Under the pieces are notes generated by a model. It had not been told where the DNA came from. It was given only the letters and a program-made list of their open reading frames with translations, and made no database searches. From the NCBI GenBank assembly GCA_021432655.1, contig MU271255.1, forward strand, positions 1-64,000: DNA of 64,000 nt, written 5' to 3'. Source of the DNA: Atractiella rhizophila (Eukaryota). A program made the translations under genes and the position numbers. Positions 11,615-25,063 of the stretch are shown here, in pieces (the stretch's first letter is position 1; each line of letters begins with the position of its first letter).

Positions 11615-13380
11615 ATGCGAACGGTGAGGATGAAGTTGGCACCGGCTGATGACGCGACGCAGGCATGATTTGATATCCAACTGTGGTTGTCTTATTCTCA
11701 TCTAACGCGAGTTACGGGTTCTAGTCTGATCACTCTTCTCCAGAGCAGCAAACGTCTGGCCTTTGCCACACCTCTCCGATACCAACCTCGACGGCATTAG
11801 TCCATGTTATCACCCCGCACGACTCCAGCAATTCCATCCACCTCTCCATTCTTCCCTCTTTCCTATCTAGCCTACCTCTTTCAATTCACACGCTCCGGAT
11901 TTCGTTTAATTTATCTCATCCATTGAAGGCAGATTGGGAACCTGCAGAGATGGCCTCAAAATTGTCTTGTTTATCACTTGAAGGTGTCGAAAATGCAATT
12001 GACAAGGATGGTGCACTCAATCTTCACACTATCATCAACACCGAAAGTGTTTCAGTAACCCTTTTGGATGTTGGAGCGCATGCGTCAGTTGTTGACAGGG
12101 ATGTCAACGCAGAGGTCGACTCGCTTGCTTCATATGGCTATCCATATACTCGCAAATTTCCCTTCTTTCGCGAGAATGCCATGATTTCCCCCATCGCCTC
12201 ATACTCCGAACATGAAAAACGCTTCCTCCCCATCAGTGACGACGAATCGTCAACCCTCCCATCCCTCCCTCCAGACAGCATCATCCAACTCTCTGTCCCA
12301 CCTCCAGATGTTATTTCATACTCCAACTCACGCTTGCCTGTGGAGCTTCTCTCTCTCGTATTTAGTTTCTGCGATGACGCTTCCACTGTCTTCAATGTAT
12401 CCAAGCTCTGGAGGGAAGTTTCAGCTCCTTATTGGCGTGAACCTGAGTCTATACTGGGAAAATGTATTCGGTGGAAACAGTATCCTGGTGCAGGACGTCT
12501 GTGGGACAGACTGTCGTTTAACCACTGGATCCAAGTTGGGTTGCTGAAAGAGTTCATCGTGGGCACGCCGAATGTTACTAAAGTGGTGATGGACACATTT
12601 TGGGATGAGGAGGAGGCGAAGATTGTGTTGGATGCAATCGAAGGCTTGAAACAGGTGAATGATGTCACGTTTGGAAAGGGTTCGAGAAAGTGGAGAAAGG
12701 AGGAAATCGAGAGCTTTGTGTGGAGGATGGGTGACAGGATCAGACGGCTCGATGTTTTCAACGTGGACTACTCTCCCGATTCAGCGTCAGCAGGGCTTCA
12801 CTTATCTTCTTGCCTCGAATACCTGCGCATTTTCCGGTACCCGCCTCTATCATCGCTCTCCCTCCCATGGACCCTCAAATCCCTCACACTCTACAGGATG
12901 TGTCCACTCCCATCCTCTATTTCAGACTACCCTCTCCCACCTCTTCTAGAAGGTTTGATGGTCGTGCTTGCCCCCTTCTATACTGATGCAAAGACCTCCA
13001 TCCTACCCACTCCGCTCGACTTATCACACCTCACACACCTCACTCAGCTGATGCTCGACGGGGGCGACGAAACGTCAAACCTCGTTTCCCGCGAGTTCTT
13101 CAGCACCCTCACAAATGCAACGGCGATACGCTATATGACGCTCTGGTACTGTGTGGTGGATTCATTCGACTTCCCAGACTTCATCCGCTGGTTCTTTGGG
13201 CATCGGCGGATGAGCGGACTTGAGAAGGTTCACGAAGTGAACCTGGTACTTGTTGTTCGGTTGTTCTTTGGAGAGTGGCACGAGGAGGACATCGCCTCTG
13301 CAAGGATGACCATGGGGGAGTACACAAGGAGCAAGAGCTCAGGTGTTTGGGAGGCTGGGGAGCTGGAGAAGCACCGGTAG
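11615..13380 (+). CDS. F-box/LRR-like protein, array copy F2 (intact)
   Basis: Exon1 11615-11662, GC-AG intron 11663-11724, exon2 11725-13380 open throughout. F-box SRLPVELLSLVFSF..VSKLWREVS. Confidence 0.85.
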
Positions 13381-13429
13381 TGATAGGAGGCATTGTTCCA
13401 TTCAAGCTCCAAATACGAGGTGGCTGGGT

Positions 13430-14490
13430 CTAGCTTTTCTGCGTGCTTCTACACAACATAGAATGAGTCCGCTAATCTCGTCATCCTTTCTGAAGACCTA
13501 CTGTCCTCCCCTTCGCAGAACTCGTTCACATTCTGTTCAGAGTTCGAAGACAAACCCTCCTCCGTCGACGTCACTCTCAACCCTCGACGACTCCATCACA
13601 TTCAATGCCTCCTCCACCCCATTCTTCCTTGCTCCCTCCTCCTGCCATGCAGCTAGACTAGCGGGATATAATACGATACACTGCTTTGCCTCGCCTATGT
13701 GATTCTGTTATCTTAGATGGAAGAGTGCTTTGAGAGAATTGCAGATTCTCTTTTGTAAAGGGGTAGCTGGACTAGGAGAGCTGAAAGAGCGGAGGATGTT
13801 GGACGTTCTTTTGGAGAGGATGAAGGAGAGAATCAGAGACAGAGCGGCGTAAGTCCAGTGCGCGTGCGCCGTTGCTACTCCGTGCATCTGTAGGCAGTTG
13901 CTGCAATCAAACGATCTGAATAGTAGAACGTTAATACCATCGCAAAGAAAGGGGAGGAACTAAGTCTTACCTCGATAGATGAACCTTTGTGACCACAGCA
14001 TTCTTTCCCGTTCCAGGATCCCACGAGAGCGTAATACTCTTCTTCCTCCTACTCAAAATCTCATATCTTACGATCTGTTCTAAGACCTCATAGCTTTCCC
14101 TCCGCAAGCGAGCCAATTCGAGAGCATAGTGGTTGTTGAGAGCAATGGAACTCGTCCTCTGTTGGCTTACTCTCCACCTCACTCCCACCTATTTGAGCTT
14201 TTCTCCACTGCCTCCTTACTCCCTTTAGCCGTAGCCACACATAGGCATCTTGGAGTGCGCTGTGTGCTCGCTCATTGCTTGAGCGTGAAAGGTGACAGTT
14301 CGGAGGAGCATGGCGACAGAAGAACCTTTCTAGCCGGCAGGAGGTGTGCAGCGCTGGAGTCAGGAGTAGAGTACCCGAAGGAGTCCGAAGGAGAAGATGG
14401 AAGCCGGAGGAAGGTCGAGGCGAGGCGGGATGGGAGACGGCTAACTCGGATGTGGCGGAGGATCAACTACGTCATTTCAACTCGCCATCC
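13430..14490 (-). pseudogene. Decayed passenger gene X, copy a (unknown function)
   Basis: Peptide fragments YALELARLRRES.., FSPSSSPK and RKNGVEE recur at 25430-26400 and 33130-34260, with stops and frameshifts and a shared intron. Confidence 0.55.
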
Positions 14491-14529
14491 ATGATCGAGA
14501 ACTTCCAAACGGTGGAATTTGAGTGAGCA

Positions 14530-15600
14530 CTTTTCAGCGGCACTCCTTCCTCTGCTTTCCTTGGTTCCAACTTTGTTCAACTAGGTCCACCATTCGCCCC
14601 CCCAATGCGCTTCGTCGACCCTCCTAACCGCAACGTGTTCCCCTCGAGGCATTCCCTTCGTCCCTCACAACCATGGCTCCTCTTCATCCCTCCCACCTCC
14701 GGCACGGGATCCCAAACCACTCCCCCCCGCGCAAGTACAAACCACTCTCCTACTCCCCACCGAGCACTCTCTCCATATTGCACTCAAATTTCATCTCCAC
14801 CATCCACCTTCTCCGTCACTTCCCCGTCGCCGTCTCCTTCACTTTCGCTTTCTTTGACTTACCACCACCCTCCATACCGCAGCGGCCGTGGGTCCCGTTC
14901 GAAGTATCGCTCAGGAGCAAATGCCGTATCCTCCCCATCGTTCCGCTGCGTCCTCCTTCGCAGTATTCAATATTTCATCCGAACAGATCGGCTGGAGGAG
15001 TCCGGCGGACAGCTCTATTCGGAAGATACCGCAGAGGGAAGATAAGGAGGGACGAGAAGGGAGATGGGTTCGTCGGAGTGAGTTCGTGACAAGAGGTAGA
15101 AGATCTGTTTCAAGCTACTTGCACATCCTGAGAAGGGGAAGGTGACGACCGGAGCGGGGGCAGTGGTGGAGAGGAGTGGAAAACATCCCACCACGTACCG
15201 TCTCTCTGCTCGTTCGCCAACCGTTCAACGGGGTTCTATGGATAACATTCCATGGACGACCTCCCCCACTCTACCATCCTGTCCGCCCAAATCCCGTCCG
15301 TCCCCACTTCCTTCTGCTTCGACAAACTAGCTAGGAATGCGTCCAATCTCCATCTTTCCACTTCGACATCATCTCTGCGGCTGCCCTCGCCTGCTCGCAG
15401 GAACCACGTGGGATATTCGATAAAGGGCACGCTTCTTCACTCTTTAATGCCTTTGTTAGGAGTGAGTGGTCATTGTCAAGATTCGGGGGTGAAGGAGGAG
15501 GGACTTGATAGGAACCAGGAGTAGACGTAGAGATGAAGAGCTGATGTCGAGGAATAAGAGGAGGAGAGAATACGGAAGGATTGATGAAGGGTCTTGAGGA
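14530..15600 (+). pseudogene. Decayed passenger gene Y, copy a (unknown function)
   Basis: Homologous to 26440-27480, 34300-35400 and partly 10290-10600 (PKPLSPAQV, EDLF..AY, HP..T.SLLF, GTTW motifs); broken frames. Confidence 0.5.
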
Positions 15601-17855
15601 GGGGAAGAGTCGAGATGATAAGAAACATGGGAGAGAGTCCATCCAGCATCGTGCTGAACGAGGGCTCCCAGCGAAGGTGACGTGAAGTCATAACATTGAG
15701 CGGAGGACTGTGATGGATAAGGAGATGGAAGCGGGTGGTTATGCTAATCGACCATGTGGTGGGTCTTTCTTACTTTCACGCTCTGTTGTCTTCACCACGC
15801 TGATTCTTTGCGATGCGATGGTGCAGCATGGCCGACTCTGCCGCGTATTCGAAAGGGAACGACTCGCACCTTCGTGTCAGCATTGCGGGGAGCCCAGAGA
15901 ATAATCATCTATGTGGCTAAGGCGAGTGCATCAAACGCCGAAACCAAAGTTTGTACCCCTTCCTTCTGAGGACAAGGGGAGCTCGATTGACGACAGTGGC
16001 TGGACTTAGACTCTCGGTAAACCGATCATCTGAAGGCGATTCGAACTGCTTCCCTTCAAGATTCGAGCATTACTCTTGTATCACGGATATCGACTCGCTA
16101 AACTGCTCCGTCCTCCAACAATCCTATCAAAGGGATGCACTTCCTGCCATCGTTGGTTTAGTGCCATGCAATCGCTTCATCATTTTCACTTTAGAGAAAC
16201 GTATATATTAATTCCATTCGACCGACCACATACTTCCTTCCTTGTTGTGAGGAAGACGATGACTTTGAAGGCACCTCGATCGAATGACATCCATCCTCCT
16301 CTCTTTCGACCGCCCTGTGAGACGCGGCAATAGTAATGCTTCAAAACCCTTTAGCGTCTTCTTGCTCACTGCCTTAACAGATGGAAGAGGGAAGAGGAAG
16401 GAGAATTTCCGTCTCGGTTCGAGGTGCAGAGGTGAATGAAGGAGGGTGAGGGGTGTAGGGAGAAGACAAAAGTATGAAGGATGCAGAGCTGTAGCGATAC
16501 GTAGCTGAGGGCGAAGCGAAGGAAGGGAAAGGGGAGAGTGAAGGAGGATCAATTCTCTGGATATCATTCGTACTCCGCATGCGCTCTGATATGTGCACAC
16601 TTCTCTCAAAACCGAACCCTGAACTAGTGCTCTCCCACTTCAAGACTTCACGCCAGAACGACTACAAGTCTCTCGACTCACTCATCTGTCCTTTTGTCCT
16701 CCTCGAGTAGACCGTCTATCCGCAAGGGAATGACGGCAACGAACAATTTATTCGAGTGGTCTTACAGCGCCGGAAGGGAAGGCAGGGGTATCAAACCATG
16801 ATTGATGGCTGTGGGTATGGCTGCCTGCCTTTCAAACAGAACAAGCATTATTTTGATTCTATGTGTATCAGCAACATGTTCGTCCGATCCCCACATACCC
16901 CGCTTGCGAGCGAGCGGGTCGGGGGCTATATTTTGGACCAAAAATTGAGCTGGCGGCTGTGAGAAGGCTGCTTCAGATGGAGAGTCAACAGTGAGATTGT
17001 GCGCACTTATGAATACTTACCTCTGCATACACTCCATCGCCACATAGTTCAACTCTCGCTTCAGTCGAAACCAACCTCTTCTGTACCTCTTGCAGCCTCA
17101 CGTCTACTATCCAACTTACTTTGACAAGGGAATGGTGGTTGTTCCTTCGATCTGATGCTCTTGAACCTCTCTTCCGATTTGTCTCTTGCTCCATATGCCA
17201 GCCATTAGCACACATGTGAGGACATCGAAGATCTTGGGAGCAGGTTCGCTATGAGGTCTGTTTAATCCATGATCATTTATCATGGACTAGATATTAGAAC
17301 ATAACTTCCCAAAAAAGCCATGACGAATCTGAATAGTACAAGAGCAGAAACTGCAGAAAAGCTTGTAGACAATAAAAAAAGGTTGAAGAATTAGATAAAC
17401 CGAAGTGCTAAAGTGAGCCGGAGAGGGAAGACAAACCTGCAATGATAACCCCCTCTGCGAGCTGTTGTAACACTCCAATTTTGCCAATGGGGAACGGTTA
17501 ATTCTTCGCCCTTCTGGTCAATGTCCGAATGAGCTATCCATTCATTATCAACAGGACCAGTTTCCCCCAGCGTGCAGGAGGTGGACTCAACAACATCTTG
17601 TTGGGAAGCGCAAAGCATTCCTCAGACATCTTGCTCCCACACCTCCTCCCGGACCCTCACCGCCGCCTTTGTCACCATGCACCCCCTTGAGATTTGAGCC
17701 CTCTCTGTGCCGTCCTTCAGCTGTCGTGTTCTCGAAAAATAGAGGCTTGTTTCCGGAGGATGAGAGATGAACGCTAGACGGGATGGAGACAGTTGAACCG
17801 AGACGGGAAGGAAACCGTTCAGCGAGCGCAAGAGGACGAAGCAGATCGCAATGTC

Positions 17856-18938
17856 ATCGGTATCATATCTCACTGTCTTAGCATTAACATCCATCCCCCA
17901 CCCATCCATCTTCCCTCTCTATCCTCCTCAGCTGTTCCAACTCCTTCCGCACTCTGAAAAATACCTTCCTCCTTTCTCCCCCTACTGAAACTCTTCCTCA
18001 ACGCCTCGTCATCCCCTTTCGCGTCGTACATCTCCACATAGAGGAGTGACACCCTCATTTATACCGCTGAGAGTTTGGCGGAGTACTTTGCGAGAGAGTA
18101 GTATTTGGAGGGTGGGAGAGAGTGGCGGTATTGTAGTCTTCGACGAAAGCGCGGAAGAGCTCTTTTTCTTTGGATTTTGGGAGTGTCTTGGGGTCGATGA
18201 GTTCTTCGGCTAGCCAGAGCCTGAGTTTTGCTTCCTTCTCGAATATATCTGTTCCACCTACAACGTCTGTCAATTCTCACCACCGATCATTGATGGGCCA
18301 GAAGAAGGTAGAAAGGAACGGAAGAAGACGAACCAGATTCAGAAATAACCCCATGGTCCCCACTCCACTCCCCCACCACTCCCTCCTTCTTCCTCCTCTT
18401 CTCCTTCCGAGCCTTCTTCTCCCTCTTCTTCTCCTTCCTCGCTGCATGCTCAGCAGATGTCTCGTCCCGACGTTTTCCTCCTTCTCTTTCTTTAGTCGAC
18501 GATGTGAGGCGGAAGAGGGGGAGTAAGAGCACGAGCAACTGTCTGCGCGTTCACGTTTGGTTCAATACGAGGATACATTGAACAAAGGTGAGGAAAGACA
18601 AACCTGGACATCGGGAGCGTTTCTTCTTCCTGTCTCTGTCTCTAGAACGGGAGCGGGACGCCTCTCTTCGCCTCTGCCCATCTCTGGAACGAGAACGTGA
18701 GCGTCTTCTTCCCTCGCGCTCCATGTGACGTTCACGCGACCCTAACACGCATGAACTACTGTTTTCAATCTGTATGGAATAACGTACGTTCCGTTCTGCT
18801 CTCTCTATCCCTCTCACGCTCTACGCTACGGCTGCCATCTCTTCCCTCACGGTCACGGTGATCCTTTTTCCGCTCTTCCCAATCTCTGTCCCTGTCTCTG
18901 CCATGGTAAGATGTCCCAGGACTGGGATCTCTTCCCAT
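17856..18938 (-). pseudogene. Duplicate of the RS/KE-rich gene (frameshifted)
   Basis: Collinear with 4916-6058 including introns (DIFEKEAKLRLWLAEE..FVEDYNTATL), with frameshifts near 18110 and 17950. Confidence 0.85.
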
Positions 18939-19574
18939 TTCGCGCAGGTTGAGACTCTTTTGTTTTGTCGTTTGTGGACTGAATTGCGGACACGACGATG
19001 TGTTTCGTTCGTTCTTCAAGCTTGACGGCAAAATGTCAATCAACGAGCAATTTAATTGCTCAGGGCCAACTTGTCATCTGAACATTCTTCCGAACACTCG
19101 CACGTCGATGGATCAACTTCCTCTTCACGTGGCTACACTAGTACTCTCTCCGTGGCGGAAGGAAAGCTGTTGCTGTCAATATCTCTCTTCCTCCTCAGAA
19201 CAAGTTGTGGAGTAGCTCGACTTGCTATGGTCGTGTGTGGGAAGCCAGTCTTGAACCACGAGATCGAGGTGCGGACGTGCCCATCCACCCACTGAACAAC
19301 TTGACCAATCTAGGTCAGTTCGCTTGCTCTGAATTCGTTTGTTCATTAATCAAACAAGGTCGTTTCTCCATGCCCAACACGAACCAGACGGTCGTCCTGC
19401 TGCAGTCCGATCATGGATAAAAAGGCAATGTCCTTCAATCCCCTACAAAACGATACATCGATCTTGCCTTTCACCCTGATTCTCCACAAACTATTCTTCA
19501 AGGCATCTCACAGCTCACAGTTTGGACCTCAGCTCATTCTCATCAAGCTTCGTCACATTTTCGATCCCATTAAG

Positions 19575-20655
19575 ATGAGGAGTGTAAGGAGGAGGTTAAC
19601 CCCTACTTATGACGCCACCAAGGCAAGATTTTGTCTCCAACTTCGGTTTTCTTCTTCTCATCTAACAGGTTATGGGTTCTAGTTTGCTGCCTCTTCCCAA
19701 ACAATGATGGATCAACAAACAGCAGGCCTTTGTCATGGGTCTCAGGAACCTAACTCGAAGGCACTTGTCCACCTCATCACCCCAAGCGATAAGCCCGATT
19801 CGATTCATCTCTCCATTCTTCCCTCTTTCCTATCTTGCCTACTTCCATCAATTCACACGCTCCGGATTTCGCTTTTGTTATCTCTCCCATTGTACTGGAA
19901 TTGGGAACCGCAAGCAATATCCTCAAAATTGTCTAATTTATCACTTGAACGGTTCAAAAATGTGGTCAACAAGGATGGCGTAATCCACCTTTGCATTGCC
20001 ATCAACCGTGAAAACATCAAGGTAACCCTTTTGGATGTTGAAGAGGATACGTTGGCTCTCAAAAGAGAGTGTGTGTGGTTTTATAACCCGCCATTCACTC
20101 GCACGTTTCCTCTCCTTCGAGAGAATGCCATATTCGCCCTTATAGCCTCATACCGCAAACAAAAAGGCTTCGTCCCCATCAGTGACGACGAATCATCATT
20201 CCTCCCATCCCTCCACACAGCTAGCATCATCCAACACTCAGACCCACCTCCAGATATTATTCCATGCTCCATCTCGCGCCTGCCCACCGAGATCCTCTCT
20301 CTAATATTCAGTTTCTCCAATGCTTCCACCATCTCTGACGTATCCAAGCTCTGGAGGGAAATTTCAGCTCCTTATTTGGGCGAACCTGATTCTGTGATGG
20401 GAAAGTATGAGTGGTTGAAACGCTATCCTGGTGCGGGACGCCTGTGGAACAGACTGACGTTTGACGAAAGCATGGATGTTGAGATGGTGAAGGAGGTCAT
20501 CGCAGGCTCACCCAATGTCACGGAAGTGGTGATGTATGCAGTTTGGAGTGAAGAGGAGGCGAAGATTGTGTTGAATGCAATCGAAGGCTTGCAATGGCTG
20601 GATGACGTAACCTTTTGGGGTTGGGGTTCGAGAAACTGGAGGAAGGAGGAGATCG
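19575..20655 (+). pseudogene. F-box/LRR copy F3, 3'-truncated; ORF continues into antisense RS-gene sequence to 20825
   Basis: Exon1 19575-19622, GC-AG intron 19623-19682. Matches the family up to WRKEEI, then switches at ~20656 to sequence equivalent to ~5262 onward. Confidence 0.85.
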
Positions 20656-21443
20656 ACTTGGGGAGTGTCTCGGGGTTGATGAAGCGTTCCTCGACCAACC
20701 AGAGCCTGAATTCCGCTTCCTTCTCGAATATGTCTGTTCCCCCGTATCGTTTAGTCAATTCTCACGCCCAACATTTTACAGAACAGAAAGGGGCTGGGAG
20801 GAAAACGAACCAGATTCAGAAATAACCCCATACTTTCCCCACTCCGCTCCGCCACCCCCTCCTCCTTCCTTCTTCTTCCGCTTCTCCTCCTTCCAAGCCT
20901 TCTTCTCCCTCTTCCTTTCCTTCCTCGCCGCACGCTCCGCAGAAGTTTCATCCCGCCGCTTTCCCTTCTTCTCTTTCTTTAGTCGACGATGTGAGGTGGA
21001 AGAGAGGGAGGAAGAGCGTGAGCGCCGTTCTGCCCGTTCCCGTTTTTTTCAATACGAGCATACATTAAACAGAGGTGAGGAAAGACAAACCTGGAGATCG
21101 AGAGCGTTTCCTCTTCCTATCTCTGTCCCGCGAGCGGGACCGGGACATCTCCCTCCTCTTCTCTGTCCGCCTCTCCCTGGAACGAGAACGTGAGCGTCTT
21201 CTTCCCTCCCGCTCCCTGTAGCTGTGACATTCACGCGACCCTAATACGCATAAACTACCGTTCTCAATGTGTATAGAATGTCGTACGCTCCAGGTCCATT
21301 CTGCTCTCTCTGTCCTTCTCACGTTCTAAGCTCCTCCTCCTTCCCCTCCCCTCACTTTCACGGTGATCCTTGTTCCGCTCTCCCCTGTCTCCATCTCTGT
21401 CTCTGTCACGATAAGATATCCCGGGACTGGGATCTCTTCCCAT
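20656..21443 (-). pseudogene. Third copy of the RS/KE-rich gene, 3'-truncated
   Basis: Near-identical to 5262-6058; ends at the junction with F3. Confidence 0.85.
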
Positions 21444-22133
21444 TTCGCTCAGGTCAAAACTTCCCAAGTTGTTTTTAGGTTTGTGGACGGAGTTGCGGAC
21501 GCTACCCTGTGTTTTGTTTGTTTGGCTCTTAAGATCATTGACAGCAACACATCAATCAACATGCAATTTACCTACGTAGTAGCTCCTGGAGCTCCCTCCA
21601 TTCAGGCCTGATCAGGGCCAACATCTCATCTGAACATTCTCCCGAACACTCGTACATCGAGGGATCAACTGGCTCTTCCCTCCCTGTCCTCCGCGAGCCC
21701 ACCTACTCTCTCCGCGGCTTCAATCAATATTTCTCTTCCTCAGGACAATTCGTGAAGTAGCTCGACTTGCTATGGTTGTGTGTGGGAAGCCAGGAGTATT
21801 GAACCACGGGATCTAAGTACGGACGTGCCCACTAACCAACTTGACCAATCTAGGTCAGTCCCCTTGCTCTGTTTGAATCGATTTGTTCATTAATCAAAGA
21901 AGGTCGTTTCTCCATCCAACACGAACCATACCGCCGTCCTGCTGAAGTCCGAGTTCTCCACATCATGTATAAAGCAGGCAACGTCCTTCAATCCCCCAAC
22001 TGCAAAACGATACATCGATCTTGCCTTTCGCCTTGATTATCCCACCAACTATTGGTCAAGGCAGTCTCACAGCTCACAGTTTGGACCTCGGCTCATTCTC
22101 GTCAAGCTTCGTCACAGTTTCGATCCTGTCAAG

Positions 22134-23902
22134 ACGAGGAGTGCAAGGAGGAGGTTAACCCCTGCTGATGACACCATCCAGGCATGATTTCATCTCCAAC
22201 TTCGGCTTTCTTCTCATCTAACATGGGTTATGGGTTGTAGTTTGCTTCCTCTTCTCAAACAATGACGGAGGAGCAAACATCTAGCCCATACCAGGACTCT
22301 CAGGAACCAACCTCGAGCGCACTTGTCCATGTCATCACCCCAGCGAGCTATGCCGACTTGATTCACCTCTCCATTCTCCCCTCTTTCCTATCTCGCCTAC
22401 CTCCATCAATTCACATGCTCCAGATTTCGTTTGCCTTACCCCGATCATTGAGCAGGTGGAACTTTAAAGAGATGTCATCAAAATTGTCTCATTTATCACT
22501 TGAATGGGTAGAGAATGCGGTCAACAAGGATGGTGCAATTAATCTTCACATTATCATCAGGAGCGGAAGTGTGTCAGTAACCCTTTTGGATGTGAAGGGC
22601 ATACGTTGACTGTCAAAAGAGATGTCAAATCAGCGGTCAACCCACTTGATGGTGATTCATATACCCGCACATTTCCTTTCTTTCGCGAGAATGCCATATT
22701 CGCCCCCATTGCCTCATACTCCGGGCGTGAAGGCCTTTTCCTCCCCATTGGTGAGGATAAATCGTCATTGCCCCCATCCCTAATCATCCAACTCTCTGTC
22801 CCACCTCCAGATGTGATTCCGTGCACCATCTCGCGCTTACCTATCGAGCTCCTCTCTCTCATATTCAGTTTCTACCCCGACGACCCTTTCATCCTCTCTA
22901 AAGTGTGCCAGCTCTGGAGAACCGTTTCAGCTCCTTATTGGGGTGAACCTGGTTCTGTGGTGGAAAAGTATGAGCGGTTGAAACGCTATCCTGGTGCCGG
23001 ACGACTGTGGGACAGGCTGAGGTTTGACCAAAGCATGGATGTTGAGATGGTGAAGGAGGTCATCGCAGGCTCACCGAATGTCACGGAAGTGTGGGTAGGT
23101 GCAGTTTGGAATGAAGAGGAGGCGAAGATTGTGTTGAATGTAATCGAAGGTTTGAAACGGGTGGATGACGTCATGTTTGCACGGCGGTGGGGTTCGAGAA
23201 AGTGGAGGAAGGAGGAGATCGAGAACTTTGTGCAGAGGATGGGTGACAGGATCAGACGGCTCAATGTTTACGACGTGGAAGAGTCTCCCGCTTCAGCCTC
23301 AGCAGGTCTTCACCTATCTTCTCGCCTCGAATACCTCCGCCTTTACGAGTACCCACCTCTCCCATCGCTCTCCTCTCCCAAGCACACTCAAGCACCTCAT
23401 ACTCTCCAATATGTGTCCACTTCCTTCCTCCATCTCAGACTGCCCTCTGCCGCCTCTTCTGGAGCATGTGCACATCGAGCTGGCCCCCTTCTCTGCCAAT
23501 GGAAAGACGACCATCCTACCCACTCCACTCGACTTCTCACACCTCACACAGCTCACCGAGCTGTTCCTCGACGGGGGCGAAGAAACGTCAAACCTTGTTT
23601 CTCCTCCGTTCTTCAGCAGCCTCATGAATGCAACGGGCATACAGCGGATAATACTCCAGTACTGTGTGGTGTACTCGTTCGACTTCCCAGACTTCATCCG
23701 CTGGTTCTTTGGAGATTGGCGGGTGAGGGGAGGTGAGAAGGGGGATCGGGAAGATGGGAGCAAGATAGGGGATTATCTTGAGATGGGTTTATTCTTTGGA
23801 GAGTGGAGCGAGGAGGAGATCGTGATTGCGAGGAGTACGATGGAAGAGTACCCAAGGACCAAGGGGTCAGGCATTTGGGAGCCTGGGGAGGGGGAGGAAT
23901 GA
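22134..23902 (+). pseudogene. F-box/LRR copy F4 (start ATG>ACG, -1 frameshift ~22592, +1 frameshift ~23373)
   Basis: The family peptide is split over ORFs 22262-22609, 22606-23736 and 23165-23902. GC-AG intron 22182-22240. Confidence 0.85.
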
Positions 23903-24650
23903 TGTGGAAGGCACAGTCTGATTCAGGCTGCACCTGTAGAGCTACTGGATCAGACTCCGGACTCTCACGTCGCTCTGAGCAGCCCATGATTGATGGAGGT
24001 GGCCGTGAACATGAAAGAGTTCGTGAGTGGAACTTATGCACTCGTTTTTGCTAGCCAGGTAAATGCTTAGATTTCAAGTTGGGAGGATACCACTAGGGCA
24101 TCCCGACGTTCAAATGATTGTTAACTAACTCGTTGACAAAACATACAATAAAGGGTCTTTCGCTGAGGGGAAGTCCTCTGGACTGTGAATAATACTATCT
24201 ACAGGAGAAAGCAAAAGAAGAGGCTTCTCATAAGTCCAGTCAAGTCCAAAGCTGGCCATTTAGCGCCGCCGTCAGCGCATTGGAGCTGAACTCATTCACA
24301 CTCAGCTCAGAACTTTGAATTCAAACCCTCCTCTGGTGACTTCCTCAACACGTCCCTCCCAACCCACAACACCTTCAGCACATTCGTCACCTCTTCCACC
24401 CCATTTTTTCTTCCCCTCGCCTCCGCTAGGGTCGAATGGTTGATGAAGGGGAGAATCGGAGAGGAGGGATGGTCCGCAGCGGTGGCTGCTCTACTTCATC
24501 TGCATCTGTAGGCAATTGTCAATCTAATCTTCTGAATGGTAGAACATAAAATACTATTGTAAAGAAAGAAAGGAGGCAGGCTTACCTCGATTGATCATAC
24601 TCTGTGCCAGACACAGCACCACAGTTGCCTTTCCGATTCCAGGTTCCCAT
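23900..24650 (+). repeat. F-box 3' flank plus gene X remnant, duplicated at ~25045-25960 (3' flank also at 32130-32480)
   Basis: Shared blocks such as gctactggatcagactccggactc, caagtccaaagctggccatttagc and ggcaattgtcaatctaatcttctgaatggtagaacataaaatac. Confidence 0.85.
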
Positions 24651-25063
24651 CGACCATCCTACCCACTCCACTCGACTTATCACACCTCACACACCTCAGC
24701 TATCTGTTCCTTGATGGCGGCGAAGAAACGTCAAACCTCGTTTCCCGCGAGTTCTTCGGCCCCCTCAAAAACGCAACGCAGATAAGTGAGATAACACTCT
24801 GGTACTGTGTGGTGGACTCGTTCGACTTCCCGGACTTCATCCGCTGGTTCTTTGGGGATTGGTGGGTAAGGGGAGCTGAGAAGGGGGATCGGGTTGATGG
24901 AGAGGAGGTAGGGGGGCATCTTGAGGTTCGTTTATTCTTTGCAGATTGGATCGAGGAGGAGATTGTGATTGCACGGAGTACGATGGAAGAGTACACAAGG
25001 AGCGGGGAGTCAGGCATTTGGGAGCCTGGGGAGGGGAGGAATAGTGTAGAAGGCACATTCTGA
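24651..25063 (+). pseudogene. F-box/LRR copy F5, 3' fragment only
   Basis: TILPTPLDLSHLTHLSYLFLDGGEETSNLVSREFF...GIWEPGEG begins abruptly after gene X sequence; 1-nt deletion before the normal stop. Confidence 0.85.

Larger units (their letters stand above)
20656..23950 (+). repeat. Segmental duplication of ~5262-8600 (RS gene 5' part, shared promoter and F-box gene)
   Basis: The intergenic stretch 21445-21915 is almost letter-for-letter 6060-6525. A more diverged third copy lies at 17856-20655. Confidence 0.9.
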
